Notes: generated by a model not told the origin, from the sequence alone. A stretch of DNA of 64,000 nt from Candidatus Moraniibacteriota bacterium (GCA_028688415.1 JAQTYF010000001.1:144627-208626); one strand, 5' to 3'; numbered from the stretch's first letter, positions 30,502 to 41,121 are shown. Made by a program: numbers and translations.

Positions 30502-30990
30502 ATGGAAAATATGATTATTTTTGTAAATGGATCAATAAATTCTGGGAAAAGTACGGTGGCAAAGTTACTTGCTTTGAAATTGCCTAGAACAGCTTTGCTC
30601 GAGATTGATGCATTATGTGAATGTATCGCATGGATGCCTCTTGCAGAGGCGATTCCTATCAATTTAGAAAATGCCATTTCTGTGATTAAAAATTTTGTAA
30701 AAAGGGATATAAATGTTGTTGTTCCTTATCCTCTTTCACAAAAGAATTATGATTTTCTTATTCAGGAATTGAAATTATTGAATCAAGATATTTTTGTTTT
30801 TACTCTGAATCCGCCACTAGAAATAGCTTTAACGAACAGAGGAGAACGAGAACTGACCGTAGAAGAGCAAGAAAGAATCAAATATCATTATGAAATCGGA
30901 ATCAATAAGCCAAACTTTGGTACAATTATTGATAACTCCAAACAAACACCAGAAGAAACAGTTGGAATAATTATGAAATCTATTGTATGA
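30502..30990 (+). CDS. P-loop (shikimate/nucleotide kinase-like) protein
   Basis: IIFVNGSINSGKSTVA. Confidence 0.8.
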   Translation: MENMIIFVNGSINSGKSTVAKLLALKLPRTALLEIDALCECIAWMPLAEAIPINLENAISVIKNFVKRDINVVVPYPLSQKNYDFLIQELKLLNQDIFVFTLNPPLEIALTNRGERELTVEEQERIKYHYEIGINKPNFGTIIDNSKQTPEETVGIIMKSIV

Positions 30991-31694
30991 AAAAGTATCC
31001 AGAAGTGACACTTGTGATTGATGTAGAAAAAGATATTGAGAACGCTACTTATTTTCTGAAGTATGAAAAGAATCAATTCTTTCGAGACTGCTTTTTTCGT
31101 GGCGATTTGAATTTTATTTTGAGTGAAAAGTTTTCGAAGAAGGAACAGGGAAAAGTTATCGAAGCATACGTACGAAATTTCTTCAAAGAACATAAGAAAG
31201 AAATCGAAAAAGGACTACTTCTCGTAAAGCGAGACTGGAAAAAGAAAGAAAAGAAATATCTCGCGCTTATCGAGAAGATGTTCCGTGGACGTAAATGGCT
31301 AGAAGGGGAATATAGAGGTATTGTAAGTATTTTCAGGATGTATCCCAGGTGGATAGAACAAAAAACATTTTTCTTTCCTTATGCCCACCAGAAACCAGGA
31401 TTTGCAAACGGTGTCATCGCGCACGAGATGCTTCATTTTTTCTTCTTTGATTATATCTTTGAGAAGTATGGCCTCAAAGAGGGTTCAAAAATAAAAGGAA
31501 AAGAATCAGACTATATCTGGAAAGTTTCAGAAGTATTCAATGTTGTGATGGAAAATTGGAAGCCGTATACGGATATCATCGGACGTGCAGGGAAGCCGTA
31601 TCCTGGACAAGAGAAAATGTATAAAAAAATGCAGAAGCAATGGTTTAAAAATCAGGATATTGATTGGTTACTCGATCAGTGGCTTCAGAAATAG
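30987..31694 (+). CDS. Hypothetical protein, putative HEXXH zinc metallopeptidase
   Basis: IAHEMLH followed by SE. Confidence 0.6.
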   Translation: MKKYPEVTLVIDVEKDIENATYFLKYEKNQFFRDCFFRGDLNFILSEKFSKKEQGKVIEAYVRNFFKEHKKEIEKGLLLVKRDWKKKEKKYLALIEKMFRGRKWLEGEYRGIVSIFRMYPRWIEQKTFFFPYAHQKPGFANGVIAHEMLHFFFFDYIFEKYGLKEGSKIKGKESDYIWKVSEVFNVVMENWKPYTDIIGRAGKPYPGQEKMYKKMQKQWFKNQDIDWLLDQWLQK

Positions 31695-31695
31695 A

Positions 31696-31736
31696 AAAAA
31701 ATCCCTCGGTACAGTTTTGTACACGAGGGATGTTTC
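31696..31736. terminator. Hairpin terminator between convergent genes
   Basis: atccctcg-gtaca-gttt-tgtac-a-cgagggat with a flanking A-run. Confidence 0.75.
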
Positions 31737-31756
31737 TTGATGGAGGTGAAACGAGA

Positions 31757-32359
31757 TCAATGGCTCAGATGTATCTGAACGGGAATGAATTGATCAGCCC
31801 CTTTACGCTTGATCGTTGTTGCGGTGAGCCTCTCGAAATATTCTTTTCCAAATATCTTGTCGAGCCGTTCTTCCAGGTAGACCTTGCGAATGGTCGCAAA
31901 TACCTTTCGGAACCCACCCGTTTTGGCGTAGGTGTATACGGCCAAGTGAAGGGCGAAGAACACGAGCTTACTCCCAGATGTATTGATCATCCGAGAAATT
32001 TCGATGGCATCCCGAGGGATGGCTATCTGCTCAAATTGACTCAATCCTTCTTCCATAGGGAGGGGATTGCCGAGCAAGAGTTTTTTGTGGATGATACGAC
32101 ATCCAGCCACCGCTCGATCACCCTTCATCACAACAATGAAGATTGATGCGAGGTCGTAGCGATCCCGCTCCTCACCCCGTGGTTCTTCCCAATGATGCTT
32201 CTTGGCGAAGACATCATCACGAAGCTCATAAAAGAGCTTTGCTAGTTTCCGATCCCTTGGTGCGACCGGATTGACACGGATGATCCTCATTCCCAAAAGG
32301 ACGAGAATCATAGCCAGTATCTTGCTGATAGTCACAAATGACCCAATGAAGAATTTCAC
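31757..32359 (-). CDS. LuxI-like acyl-homoserine-lactone synthase / GNAT acyltransferase (no. 1)
   Basis: LRDDVF...HW...EERDRYD...GCRII...IEISR; GGAGG SD before GTG. Confidence 0.7.
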   Translation of the reverse strand: MKFFIGSFVTISKILAMILVLLGMRIIRVNPVAPRDRKLAKLFYELRDDVFAKKHHWEEPRGEERDRYDLASIFIVVMKGDRAVAGCRIIHKKLLLGNPLPMEEGLSQFEQIAIPRDAIEISRMINTSGSKLVFFALHLAVYTYAKTGGFRKVFATIRKVYLEERLDKIFGKEYFERLTATTIKRKGADQFIPVQIHLSH

Positions 32360-32361
32360 GA

Positions 32362-32425
32362 TTTCACCTCCAGGTTGTTAAAGTACTAAACCATACATTA
32401 TACACCAAAAACGCATAAAAGTCAA
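32362..32425 (-). promoter_or_regulatory. Promoter, boxA-like motif and SD
   Basis: Minus strand TTGACT-N17-TATAAT, then TACTTTAACAAC, then TGGAGGTGA. Confidence 0.75.
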
Positions 32426-32562
32426 GTCTTTTTTCATGCGGAAAGAAGGGAAAATATGACACATAAACGTTCTTTTTCTGTAGGGGGTTGCTTAAATATC
32501 GTGTTTGAGATAAGATAATTCAAGTACCGAAGAGGCATATAATAGATTAGAAGATTAGCGTT

Positions 32563-33003
32563 ATGAAAGTGATACTTTTGCAGGATGTAGAAAAATTGGG
32601 AAAAGCAGGGGAAATCAAAGAAGTGCGTAGTGGATACGGATTCAATTTCTTGTTGCCTGAGGGACTGGCAGAGTTTGCTACCCCAACAGCTATCAAAGAA
32701 ACGGAAAAAATGGTCGCAAGACAGAAGAAAGAGACTGAATCAATGCTCGCAGTGTCCAAAGAAACTGCGGGAGCATTGGCAGGCAAGAAAATAACTATCA
32801 AGACCAAGGCAGAAAATGGAAAACTGTTTGGTTCTATTGGTCGTGAAGAAATCGCTTTGGCACTGGAAGCAGCTGGTACAAAGATCGATGCCAAGCACAT
32901 CGTTCTCGAAAAAGGTTTCAAGGAAGTTGGTGTATTTACTGTCGAAGCTCATTTCGGACATGGAGTGAAAGCTTCTTTTGAAGTGACGATCAAGTCAGAA
33001 TAG
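32563..33003 (+). CDS. rplI: 50S ribosomal protein L9
   Basis: MKVILLQDVEKLG...GYGFNFLLP...GKLFGSI. Confidence 0.97.
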   Translation: MKVILLQDVEKLGKAGEIKEVRSGYGFNFLLPEGLAEFATPTAIKETEKMVARQKKETESMLAVSKETAGALAGKKITIKTKAENGKLFGSIGREEIALALEAAGTKIDAKHIVLEKGFKEVGVFTVEAHFGHGVKASFEVTIKSE

Positions 33004-33096
33004 AACATCCCCGTGTTACTTCACAAGAGCCGCTCCCAGTTCATCACCGGTAGCGGCTCTTTCTCTATAAAATAATTTTTTCCTTTCTCTTTTATT

Positions 33097-34749
33097 ATGG
33101 CAAAACAAACAAAGAAGACGAAGTATATTTTTGTGGTAGGTGGAGTGATGAGTGGTGTCGGAAAAGGTATTACCACTTCTTCTATCGGAAAAATCTTGCA
33201 GTCGCGTGGTCTCTCTGTAACAGCATTCAAGATCGATCCGTATATCAATGTCGATGCTGGAACGATGAATCCAACAGAGCACGGTGAAGTGTTCGTCCTC
33301 AAAGATGGCTATGAAACGGATCAGGATATGGGGAATTATGAGCGTTTCCTCAATATTGAGCTGAACCGAGACCACTATATGACGACAGGAATGGTCTACA
33401 AGTCAGTGATCGAACGTGAACGCAATCTCGAATACGCTGGCAAATGTGTCCAGGTCGTGCCTCATATCCCTCTCGAAGTCATATCTCGTATCAAGAAAAC
33501 CGCCAAGAAAGACAATGCTGATGTGGCTATCATCGAAATCGGAGGGACAGTTGGAGAATACGAAAACATTCTATTTTTAGAGGCAATTCGGATGATGAAA
33601 ATCGCCAGTCCGAAAGATGTTGCAACAGTGATGGTGAGTTTCATACCGACTCCATCGACGATTGGTGAAATGAAGACCAAGCCGACACAGCACGCCGTTC
33701 GGACGCTCAACGGTGCTGGTGTACAGGCAGATATCATCGTGGCTCGTGCCAGTCGACCGCTCGATGAGAAGCGCAAAGAAAAAATCGCTGTTTTCTGCAG
33801 TGTCCGGAAGGAGGATGTCATCAGTGCTCCAGATATAGAGAGTATTTATGACGTGCCACTCAATTTTGAAAAAGACCATCTCGGTATTATTCTTCTCGCA
33901 AAACTCGGACTGAAAACGAAGAAGCGAACACAAGATTTGAAAGAATGGGAGAAGGTGGTAGAGCGTATCCATCATGCGACTGACGCAGTCCATATTGGTG
34001 TCGTAGGGAAATATTTCAAGACAGGGGACTATGTACTGAGTGATGCCTATATCAGCGTCATCGAATCACTGAAACATGCTGCCTGCCAGATCGGCAAGAA
34101 AGCAGTACTTACGTGGATCGACAGTACCGATTTCGAAGAAAATGCTGGGGCTTTGTCAGGACTGAAACAGTATGATGGCATTATCATCCCGGGAGGTTTT
34201 GGTACACGTGGTGTCGAAGGAAAAATCGCGGTAGTAGAATATTGTCGCGAAAACAAAATCCCATATTTTGGGTTGTGTTATGGTATGCAACTCCTCGTGG
34301 TGGAATATGCTCGTCATATCCTCGATCTTGCAGATGCACACACGACCGAAGTCGCACCACAGACCAAGAATCCTGTTGTCGACATCATGCCCGAGCAGAA
34401 AGAGAATATGCGAAAGAAAAACTATGGTGCGACGATGCGTCTCGGACAGTATCTGGCGCATATCGTTCCGAAAACTATTGCGAGAGAGTCCTACGGTACC
34501 GATATGATACTTGAGCGTCATCGTCATCGCTATGAGGTCAATCCTGCTTATGTGGCGTCACTTCAAGAAGCAGGGCTCATCTTCTCTGCGACGTCTCCAG
34601 ACGGTGTGCTGATGGAAATAGCAGAACTTCCCAAGAAGCAACATCCATTTTTCCTCGCCACGCAGTTTCATCCAGAGTTCCAGTCTTCTCTCCTCCATCC
34701 TCATCCTTTGTTTGTTGCTTTTCTCAAAGCATGTATCAAGAAGAAATAA
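33097..34749 (+). CDS. pyrG: CTP synthase
   Basis: GGVMSGVGKG, KTKPTQ, GLCYGMQ, RHRHRYE and QFHPE motifs. Confidence 0.98.
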   Translation: MAKQTKKTKYIFVVGGVMSGVGKGITTSSIGKILQSRGLSVTAFKIDPYINVDAGTMNPTEHGEVFVLKDGYETDQDMGNYERFLNIELNRDHYMTTGMVYKSVIERERNLEYAGKCVQVVPHIPLEVISRIKKTAKKDNADVAIIEIGGTVGEYENILFLEAIRMMKIASPKDVATVMVSFIPTPSTIGEMKTKPTQHAVRTLNGAGVQADIIVARASRPLDEKRKEKIAVFCSVRKEDVISAPDIESIYDVPLNFEKDHLGIILLAKLGLKTKKRTQDLKEWEKVVERIHHATDAVHIGVVGKYFKTGDYVLSDAYISVIESLKHAACQIGKKAVLTWIDSTDFEENAGALSGLKQYDGIIIPGGFGTRGVEGKIAVVEYCRENKIPYFGLCYGMQLLVVEYARHILDLADAHTTEVAPQTKNPVVDIMPEQKENMRKKNYGATMRLGQYLAHIVPKTIARESYGTDMILERHRHRYEVNPAYVASLQEAGLIFSATSPDGVLMEIAELPKKQHPFFLATQFHPEFQSSLLHPHPLFVAFLKACIKKK

Positions 34750-34768
34750 AAAAATATACAATCCATAT

Positions 34769-36487
34769 ATGTCAAAAAACATACGGAATTTTATCGGAGT
34801 ATTGTTCCTGAGTTTTTTCATCTTCTCGCCGTCAGTACAGGCACGAGAGAATGTGACGGATTGGTATGTGAAAGATTTTCGGGAAGAATTTGTCCTTTCG
34901 ACTGATTCTACAATGACGGTGACAGAATGGATTACGGCAGATTGTGGTCAGGCAATCGGAAAACATGGTATTTTTCGTGTGGTTCCGACGAAAACAACAC
35001 TCGTTTCAGGAGAGATCATCGATCATCCTGTGACACTTATCGGTATCACGGATTTCCAGGGACATCCTTACAAATTTGAGACCACAAACGATCGAAGCAA
35101 CGGAACGGTTACCTGGAAGATTGGTGACAAAGAAAGAACGGTTACTGGAGAGAATACATACAAAATTGTTTATACAGTAGAAAATATCATTCGATTTTCG
35201 AATCAGGCATTCGACGAATTCTACTGGAATGTTGTCGGAAATTTCTGGGTCATGGATATCGATGCTTTCGAGGCAACGATCATTTTTCCTGAAACAATCA
35301 AACAAGATGTTATTAATCTCTCATATTATACCGGAATGCGTGGATCCAAAGATTCTCGTCTCGTACGGTCTTCTTGGAAAAATGACCACTCACTTTCTCT
35401 GATAGCGAACCAATCATTTGCCCCGGGCAACGGTGTCACTCTCTCTGCGAGCGTACCAAAGAATCTTTTTGTTCCGTACCAGTTTGGTTTCTGGAAATTG
35501 TACGGTGAATATTTCTGGCTTTTCCTCCCTCTTTCTGTTTTTCTTTTCTGTTACCGTCTTTGGAGAAAGTATGGCGATGATCCGACGTGGAATAAGGTTG
35601 TCATACCGGAATATGAAATGCCAGAAAATTTGGGCGTGTTTGAGATGGGGATGCTTATGGATAATGGCATTTTCGATAATAAGTTCGTAACAGCAAGTAT
35701 CATCGAACTTGCAGTGAAGGGGGCTCTCAAAATACAAGAACAAGAGAATAAGATTCTTTTCTTTACAATAAAAGAGTTCGTGTTGGAGAAACAACCAACA
35801 GCAGGAATCACTCTTCATTCGTATCAAAAAATTCTTTTTGATACACTCTTCAAATCTGGTGATCAAGTGAAGCTTTCATCGCTCAAAAATACATTTTATC
35901 AAGCACTGGATATTCTGCAAAAAACAGTGATTCATTCACTGACAACAAAAGGACTTATCGAGAAGAAAGGACTTTCATATCGGACATGGTTCGTGATGGG
36001 AGGAGCATTTCTTTTTGTAATTTTTTATGGAGCGTTTTCTGGTCTAGCTCTTTTTTCTGGAATTGCAAGTGGTGTTCTTTTGATTTTTTTTGCAAGAATT
36101 ATGCCGAAGCGAACAGAAAAAGGAGTGGAAGTAAACTGGAGGATCCAAGGTCTGAAATTGTACATGAACACAGCAGAGAAACATCGACAACAATTTTACG
36201 AAAAAGAAAATATCTTTGAAACACTGCTTCCATGTGCCATCGCTTTCGGTATGACCAAAGAGTGGGTCAAAAAAATGCAAGATATCTATGGTGAAACATA
36301 TTTCTCAGAGTATCATCCGGCATGGTTTGTTTCGAGTACTATCGGAAATTTTGATGTAGAGAGTTTTCATTCCTCTCTCGCAACACTCTCATCGAGTATC
36401 GCTTCGAATACAGGCGGTTCTTCGGGATCAGGGGGATCGGGTTCTTCAGGCGGAGGAAGTGGTGGTGGAGGCGGTGGAGGATGGTAA
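34769..36487 (+). CDS. DUF2207-family membrane protein
   Basis: HGIFR, EFYWN, LPCAIAFG and a C-terminal SGGGSGGGGGGGW tail. Confidence 0.9.
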   Translation: MSKNIRNFIGVLFLSFFIFSPSVQARENVTDWYVKDFREEFVLSTDSTMTVTEWITADCGQAIGKHGIFRVVPTKTTLVSGEIIDHPVTLIGITDFQGHPYKFETTNDRSNGTVTWKIGDKERTVTGENTYKIVYTVENIIRFSNQAFDEFYWNVVGNFWVMDIDAFEATIIFPETIKQDVINLSYYTGMRGSKDSRLVRSSWKNDHSLSLIANQSFAPGNGVTLSASVPKNLFVPYQFGFWKLYGEYFWLFLPLSVFLFCYRLWRKYGDDPTWNKVVIPEYEMPENLGVFEMGMLMDNGIFDNKFVTASIIELAVKGALKIQEQENKILFFTIKEFVLEKQPTAGITLHSYQKILFDTLFKSGDQVKLSSLKNTFYQALDILQKTVIHSLTTKGLIEKKGLSYRTWFVMGGAFLFVIFYGAFSGLALFSGIASGVLLIFFARIMPKRTEKGVEVNWRIQGLKLYMNTAEKHRQQFYEKENIFETLLPCAIAFGMTKEWVKKMQDIYGETYFSEYHPAWFVSSTIGNFDVESFHSSLATLSSSIASNTGGSSGSGGSGSSGGGSGGGGGGGW

Positions 36488-36529
36488 GAATCTGAACCCC
36501 CTTTCTCTTTTTTCTTTTGAACAATATCA

Positions 36530-36555
36530 AAAAACTCTCCTTTCGGAGAGTTTTT
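36530..36555. terminator. Bidirectional terminator
   Basis: aaaaactctcc-tttc-ggagagttttt. Confidence 0.85.
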
Positions 36556-36580
36556 ATTCTTTTTCAGATCGAAATGATAT

Positions 36581-36889
36581 CTATTTCTTGGCCGCTTCTT
36601 TCTTTACAGTCTTTGTCGGAAGTACATGAACGAATGTGCGGGCGACAAGTTTTCCAGTGAAATCCTTCACTTTTTTGGCTTGGAATTCGACAACTCCGCT
36701 GATCAGAGCGAAAAGAGTATCGTCTTCACCTTGCGCAACATTTTTCCCTGCATGGAATTTGGTACCACGTTGACGGATGATGATATTTGCTGTTTCGACC
36801 ATCTGACCACCAAAAATCTTGACGCCGAGGCGTTTGGAAATCGAATCACGACCGAGGGCGGTAGTCCCGCCTGCTTTTTTATGTGCCAT
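36581..36889 (-). CDS. rpmA: 50S ribosomal protein L27
   Basis: MAHKKAGG...[12 protein letters not shown]...RQRGTK. Confidence 0.98.
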   Translation of the reverse strand: MAHKKAGGTTALGRDSISKRLGVKIFGGQMVETANIIIRQRGTKFHAGKNVAQGEDDTLFALISGVVEFQAKKVKDFTGKLVARTFVHVLPTKTVKKEAAKK

Positions 36890-36978
36890 ACAAGAAGAGC
36901 TTACAAATTATTTGATGATTTGATATACTGCATATCATAGCAATGATAACTGTCTTTGTCAACCGAATCGATACTCTT

Positions 36979-37380
36979 ATGCTCGATACTCTCCGCCAAT
37001 GGTTCGTGAATCATAAGCAGAATATTGCCCTTTTTGGAGGGATTTTGCTTGTGGGCGTACTCAGTTTTGAGGGAGGGTTCCTCCGTGGTCAGATTTCTCA
37101 ATCAGCACCGATGATCATCTCTCTTCCTGCAAATGTCGAATCAGCAATTCCTGTTGTTTCCGCGGGTACAGATGATGCTACACGTCAGACGATATCTGAT
37201 GGAACAATATCTACCAAGGAAATCGAGGGGAATTGTCCGTTGGTAGGGAGTCGGAATTCTGATAAATACCATCTCTTTACGTGTGCGGTGGTCAAGAGAA
37301 TCAAGACAGAGAACAGAGTTTGTTTCTTGTCAAAAGAAGATGCAGAGAAACGGGGCTATGTAGCTGGTTGTACGAAATAA
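36979..37380 (+). CDS. Membrane-anchored protein with an Ada-like metal-binding C-terminus
   Basis: N-terminal TM; VGSRNSDKYH...C...F...A...GY..C. Confidence 0.7.
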   Translation: MLDTLRQWFVNHKQNIALFGGILLVGVLSFEGGFLRGQISQSAPMIISLPANVESAIPVVSAGTDDATRQTISDGTISTKEIEGNCPLVGSRNSDKYHLFTCAVVKRIKTENRVCFLSKEDAEKRGYVAGCTK

Positions 37381-37429
37381 CAGAATAGTACTCGTCAAAA
37401 GAAAGTAAATGTGGCATACTAAAAGAAAA

Positions 37430-38617
37430 ATGCACAAAGAAAATTTCAATCCCAAAAAAATATTCTATCTCAGCCTCGTTTCGTTTGTGCTTGGTTTTGT
37501 CGACGCTTTCTGGATCTATACTATCTCGACCTATTTTGCAGAAATATCTGGGACGAATAATGTCGGTATTTTTTATCTTGTAGCCTTTACCAGCGTACTC
37601 ATTTCTCTTTTTTACGTACAGTCAATCGTGAGTCGTATAGGGAGATCGAGATTGCTTTATTTCTCACTCGGACTTTCTATCCTTCTCCTGACCTTATTGA
37701 CACATGTTTCTCCTTCTTGGTTTTCTATCGGTCTCTTTCTGCTTTTTATGGTGATGAATAGTATCGTCTGGGTAGCTCTCGATATCCTTATTGAGGGTTT
37801 CTCATCTGATACGATGGCTGGGAGGATTCGAGGATTACATCTCACTATTATGAATAGCGGTGTTCTTGTAGCGCCTTTCTTGGCTTCCAAGGTACTCGAT
37901 CTCTTTCATTTCGAAGGGATATTTTTTATCCTCGGTATCGGATATATGATTGTTTTCCTTATAGCACTTCTAGCCTTTCGTAATGACAATGCTACTTTTC
38001 ACGAGCATCTAAAACCCTGGCAGACCATACGAAGAATGATACACGAGAAGAACATCTTTTTTATTTATGTGATATCGTTCGCATTGGACTTTTTTTATGC
38101 CATGATGATCGTCTATACTTCGCTCTATCTCTTGAGTATAGGGTTTTTGTGGACTGAAATCGGTATTATTTTTACTGTCATGCTTGTTCCTTTTGTATTG
38201 TTGCAATATCCTCTCGGTATCATCGCTGACAAGAGACTTGGAGAAAAAGAACTGCTCATCGTGAGTATTATGATCATTATTTTTTCTACAGGGAGTCTGC
38301 CGTTCATTCATACACACAGTATATGGGTCTGGAGTGCCATACTTTTTCTGACACGTGTCGGAGCAGCTGGTATCGAAGTACTGCGTGATGCCTATTTCTA
38401 TAAACAAATTGATGGAAACAACCCTGATCTCATCGCTTTTTTCCGAACATCGCGACCAATCGGAAATATCTTTGGAGCTGGTATCGCGAGTCTTTTACTT
38501 ATTTTTTTGCCTCTCCAGAGTGTTTTCTTCGCTGTTGTCCTAGTGATGGTGATAGCTCTTATTGCTACCCTCTTTCTTGAAGATACCAAGGGTGAATCCG
38601 AAGAATGCTCTGCCTAG
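37430..38617 (+). CDS. MFS transporter
   Basis: About 12 TM segments; G.IADKRLGEK motif A. Confidence 0.88.
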   Translation: MHKENFNPKKIFYLSLVSFVLGFVDAFWIYTISTYFAEISGTNNVGIFYLVAFTSVLISLFYVQSIVSRIGRSRLLYFSLGLSILLLTLLTHVSPSWFSIGLFLLFMVMNSIVWVALDILIEGFSSDTMAGRIRGLHLTIMNSGVLVAPFLASKVLDLFHFEGIFFILGIGYMIVFLIALLAFRNDNATFHEHLKPWQTIRRMIHEKNIFFIYVISFALDFFYAMMIVYTSLYLLSIGFLWTEIGIIFTVMLVPFVLLQYPLGIIADKRLGEKELLIVSIMIIIFSTGSLPFIHTHSIWVWSAILFLTRVGAAGIEVLRDAYFYKQIDGNNPDLIAFFRTSRPIGNIFGAGIASLLLIFLPLQSVFFAVVLVMVIALIATLFLEDTKGESEECSA

Positions 38618-38746
38618 GTATTACAAAGAGGTTGTTTGGAAGATTTCTCGAAAAATGGTACACTAATGAGGAAAAGAAGGCCTTTTTTCCTTGTGTTATT
38701 TGTGGAAAAAGACAATGGCTGGAGATTGATTATTTTCGTGAAAAAA

Positions 38747-39454
38747 ATGGCGTATCAGATACATCTTGATCAATTCGAAGGTCCGCTCGACCTTTTGCTT
38801 TCTCTCATCGAGAAAGAAAAACTTGATATTACTATAGTAAGTCTTTCTCGCGTGACCGATCAGTATCTCGAATATCTCAAGAGTGAAGAATCTGTCTCGC
38901 TCGCGGACCTTTCTTCTTTCCTTTCTGTTGCTGTGAGACTTCTCCTTATTAAATCGCGTGCACTTTTACCTGTTCTCGAATTTACCGAAGAGGAAGAAGA
39001 GTCGATGGACGATCTCGAAATACGACTCAAAGAATACAAGCGATTTCGTGAAGGAGCTGTTCGACTCGGGACGTTGATCGATCAAGGAAAGAGCATCTCT
39101 ATACGTGAGAGTTTTCTCGGGACACGTATCGTGTTCTATCCACCGAGCGGACTCACTGTCGACGACATACAGCTTCATTTTTCCAATGTCCTAGGTGAGA
39201 TCCCTCTTGTCGAAGTATTGCCGGAGAAAGAACTTTTGGCCGTCATTACATTGGAAGAGAAAATAAATGAGCTCAAGCGTACGCTTCGAGAACGAGCGGA
39301 ATCTTCTTTCACTGATCTTGTGCAGTCCGGATCTTCACGTGTCGAAATCATTGTTTCTTTCTTGGCTCTGCTCGAAATGGTCAAACAGCGTATTGTCTCT
39401 GTTGATCAAGAAAAGTTTTTTAGTAATATTCGTATCAATCGTATTGCTCCATAA
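38747..39454 (+). CDS. scpA: Segregation/condensation protein A
   Basis: FEGPLDLLL and FLALLE motifs. Confidence 0.95.
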   Translation: MAYQIHLDQFEGPLDLLLSLIEKEKLDITIVSLSRVTDQYLEYLKSEESVSLADLSSFLSVAVRLLLIKSRALLPVLEFTEEEEESMDDLEIRLKEYKRFREGAVRLGTLIDQGKSISIRESFLGTRIVFYPPSGLTVDDIQLHFSNVLGEIPLVEVLPEKELLAVITLEEKINELKRTLRERAESSFTDLVQSGSSRVEIIVSFLALLEMVKQRIVSVDQEKFFSNIRINRIAP

Positions 39455-39465
39455 TATATCGTTCT

Positions 39466-40071
39466 ATGTCATCACTTCATATTCTCTCATCACTAGAATC
39501 CCTCCTTTTTATCAGTGGAGAACCTATTTCGTTTGCTCGTCTTGCCAAAATACTCGAAGTTGATGAAGAAACTATCAAACAATCCCTCGAGACACTCGCT
39601 TTGAAATATTCAGAAGATGCTTCGAGCGGACTCATGCTCGTGATGAAGGAAAAAGAAGTTGTCATGGGTACGAAACCAGAAAATGCGACACTGGTCGAAT
39701 TGTTGACCAAGAGTTCTATGCAGGAAAATCTCAGTCGAGTCGCACTTGAAGTACTTTCTATTGTTGCGTATCGGGCGCCGATTTCTCGAGTAGCTATAGA
39801 AGCGATTCGCGGTGTGAATTGTAGTTTTACTTTGCGTAATCTCCTTCTCCGTGATTTGATCGAGAGACAAACCAATCCGACAGATACTCGTGAATATGTT
39901 TATTCCCCGACGTTTCGTTTTCTGCAGTTACTCGGACTACATAGTGTGCAAGAACTCCCTGATTACGAGACGATGTCTGTCGATGGACGATTGAAAACGC
40001 TTATTGATTTTCCTCTCGAACAAGAAACACCAGATCCATCTGATATCAATACACAAAAAACGTCTGAATAA
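39466..40071 (+). CDS. scpB: SMC-Scp complex subunit B
   Basis: ESLLF...LEVLSIVAY..P....IEAIRGVN...L.ELP. Confidence 0.95.
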   Translation: MSSLHILSSLESLLFISGEPISFARLAKILEVDEETIKQSLETLALKYSEDASSGLMLVMKEKEVVMGTKPENATLVELLTKSSMQENLSRVALEVLSIVAYRAPISRVAIEAIRGVNCSFTLRNLLLRDLIERQTNPTDTREYVYSPTFRFLQLLGLHSVQELPDYETMSVDGRLKTLIDFPLEQETPDPSDINTQKTSE

Positions 40072-40074
40072 AAT

Positions 40075-41103
40075 ATGCACAAAGCTATCGTCTTTCTCAC
40101 TTCTGTAATCATTATTCTCTTCCTCACCATTTCTGATGGAGAACATTTCTTGGCTCGAGGAGAGAGCTTTCTTGGTTTGTTTCGTATGGAAGATACACGT
40201 TTTTCTGATACTTCTTTCGAATCGCGTCAAATAGCCGATACTGTTTATGTGACAGAGGATCGAAGTTTTGCGTGTGGCTTTGTCCCTGAACTCAAGACGT
40301 ATGCACCGAACCTGAGTATTGTTTCTGCTCATGCCTCAGTCATTCTCGACGTCGATTCTGGAAATGTATTGTATGAGAAAAATGCAAATGAAGAACGGCA
40401 AATAGCATCACTTACGAAACTTTTTACAGCGACAATAGTAATGGAACGGGTGAAGAATCTCGATGAACTCGTAACTATCGACGAAGAAGCGGTCTATGCT
40501 GAAGGGACTCGTATCGGTTGCCCTCGTTCGGGTTTCTGTAATAGTGTACGTCTCAAAGTGGGGGAGAAAATTTCTGTCAAAAATCTTTTGAAAGCAGCGC
40601 TCATGAATAGTGCCAATGATTCTGCCATCGCACTCGGAAAACATATCGGAAAAACACAAGCAGGATTTGCGAATATCATGAATGCACGAGCCAAAGAACT
40701 CGGGTTGGAACATTCTCATTTTTGCACACCATCCGGTCTCGAACTCGATGGACGTGAGGCTGAGTGTTATTCTTCTGCTCTTGATATGGCCAAAATTACT
40801 GTACACGCTCTTTCTTTTCCAGAGATTTGGGAGATAATGCGTATAGAAAAGGATTTCATTGCCTCTTCTGATGGAGTGTATGAACACGAGATTTTCAACA
40901 CCAATAAGTTACTTGGTCAATTGCCAAATCTGGTTGGAACAAAGACTGGATTTACTCCGCTCGCAGGATATTCTTTGTTGGCAGTTGCTACTGATGAGAG
41001 TCGATCACATAGAGTAGTAGCAGTACTTCTCGATGATCCTAATCGTTGGCAAAGTATTCGATCGATGTTTGATTGGAGTTTCCAATCGGTGAGCTGGAGA
41101 TAA
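40075..41103 (+). CDS. D-Ala-D-Ala carboxypeptidase (S11)
   Basis: ASLTK (SxxK), SAND (SxN) and KTG motifs. Confidence 0.93.
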   Translation: MHKAIVFLTSVIIILFLTISDGEHFLARGESFLGLFRMEDTRFSDTSFESRQIADTVYVTEDRSFACGFVPELKTYAPNLSIVSAHASVILDVDSGNVLYEKNANEERQIASLTKLFTATIVMERVKNLDELVTIDEEAVYAEGTRIGCPRSGFCNSVRLKVGEKISVKNLLKAALMNSANDSAIALGKHIGKTQAGFANIMNARAKELGLEHSHFCTPSGLELDGREAECYSSALDMAKITVHALSFPEIWEIMRIEKDFIASSDGVYEHEIFNTNKLLGQLPNLVGTKTGFTPLAGYSLLAVATDESRSHRVVAVLLDDPNRWQSIRSMFDWSFQSVSWR

Positions 41104-41121
41104 TAATTATGTAATTTTTCT

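Noticed and set aside
36410-36487. Gly/Ser repeat as a second Gly-rich peptide
   Set aside because: This is the normal C-terminal tail of DUF2207 proteins.
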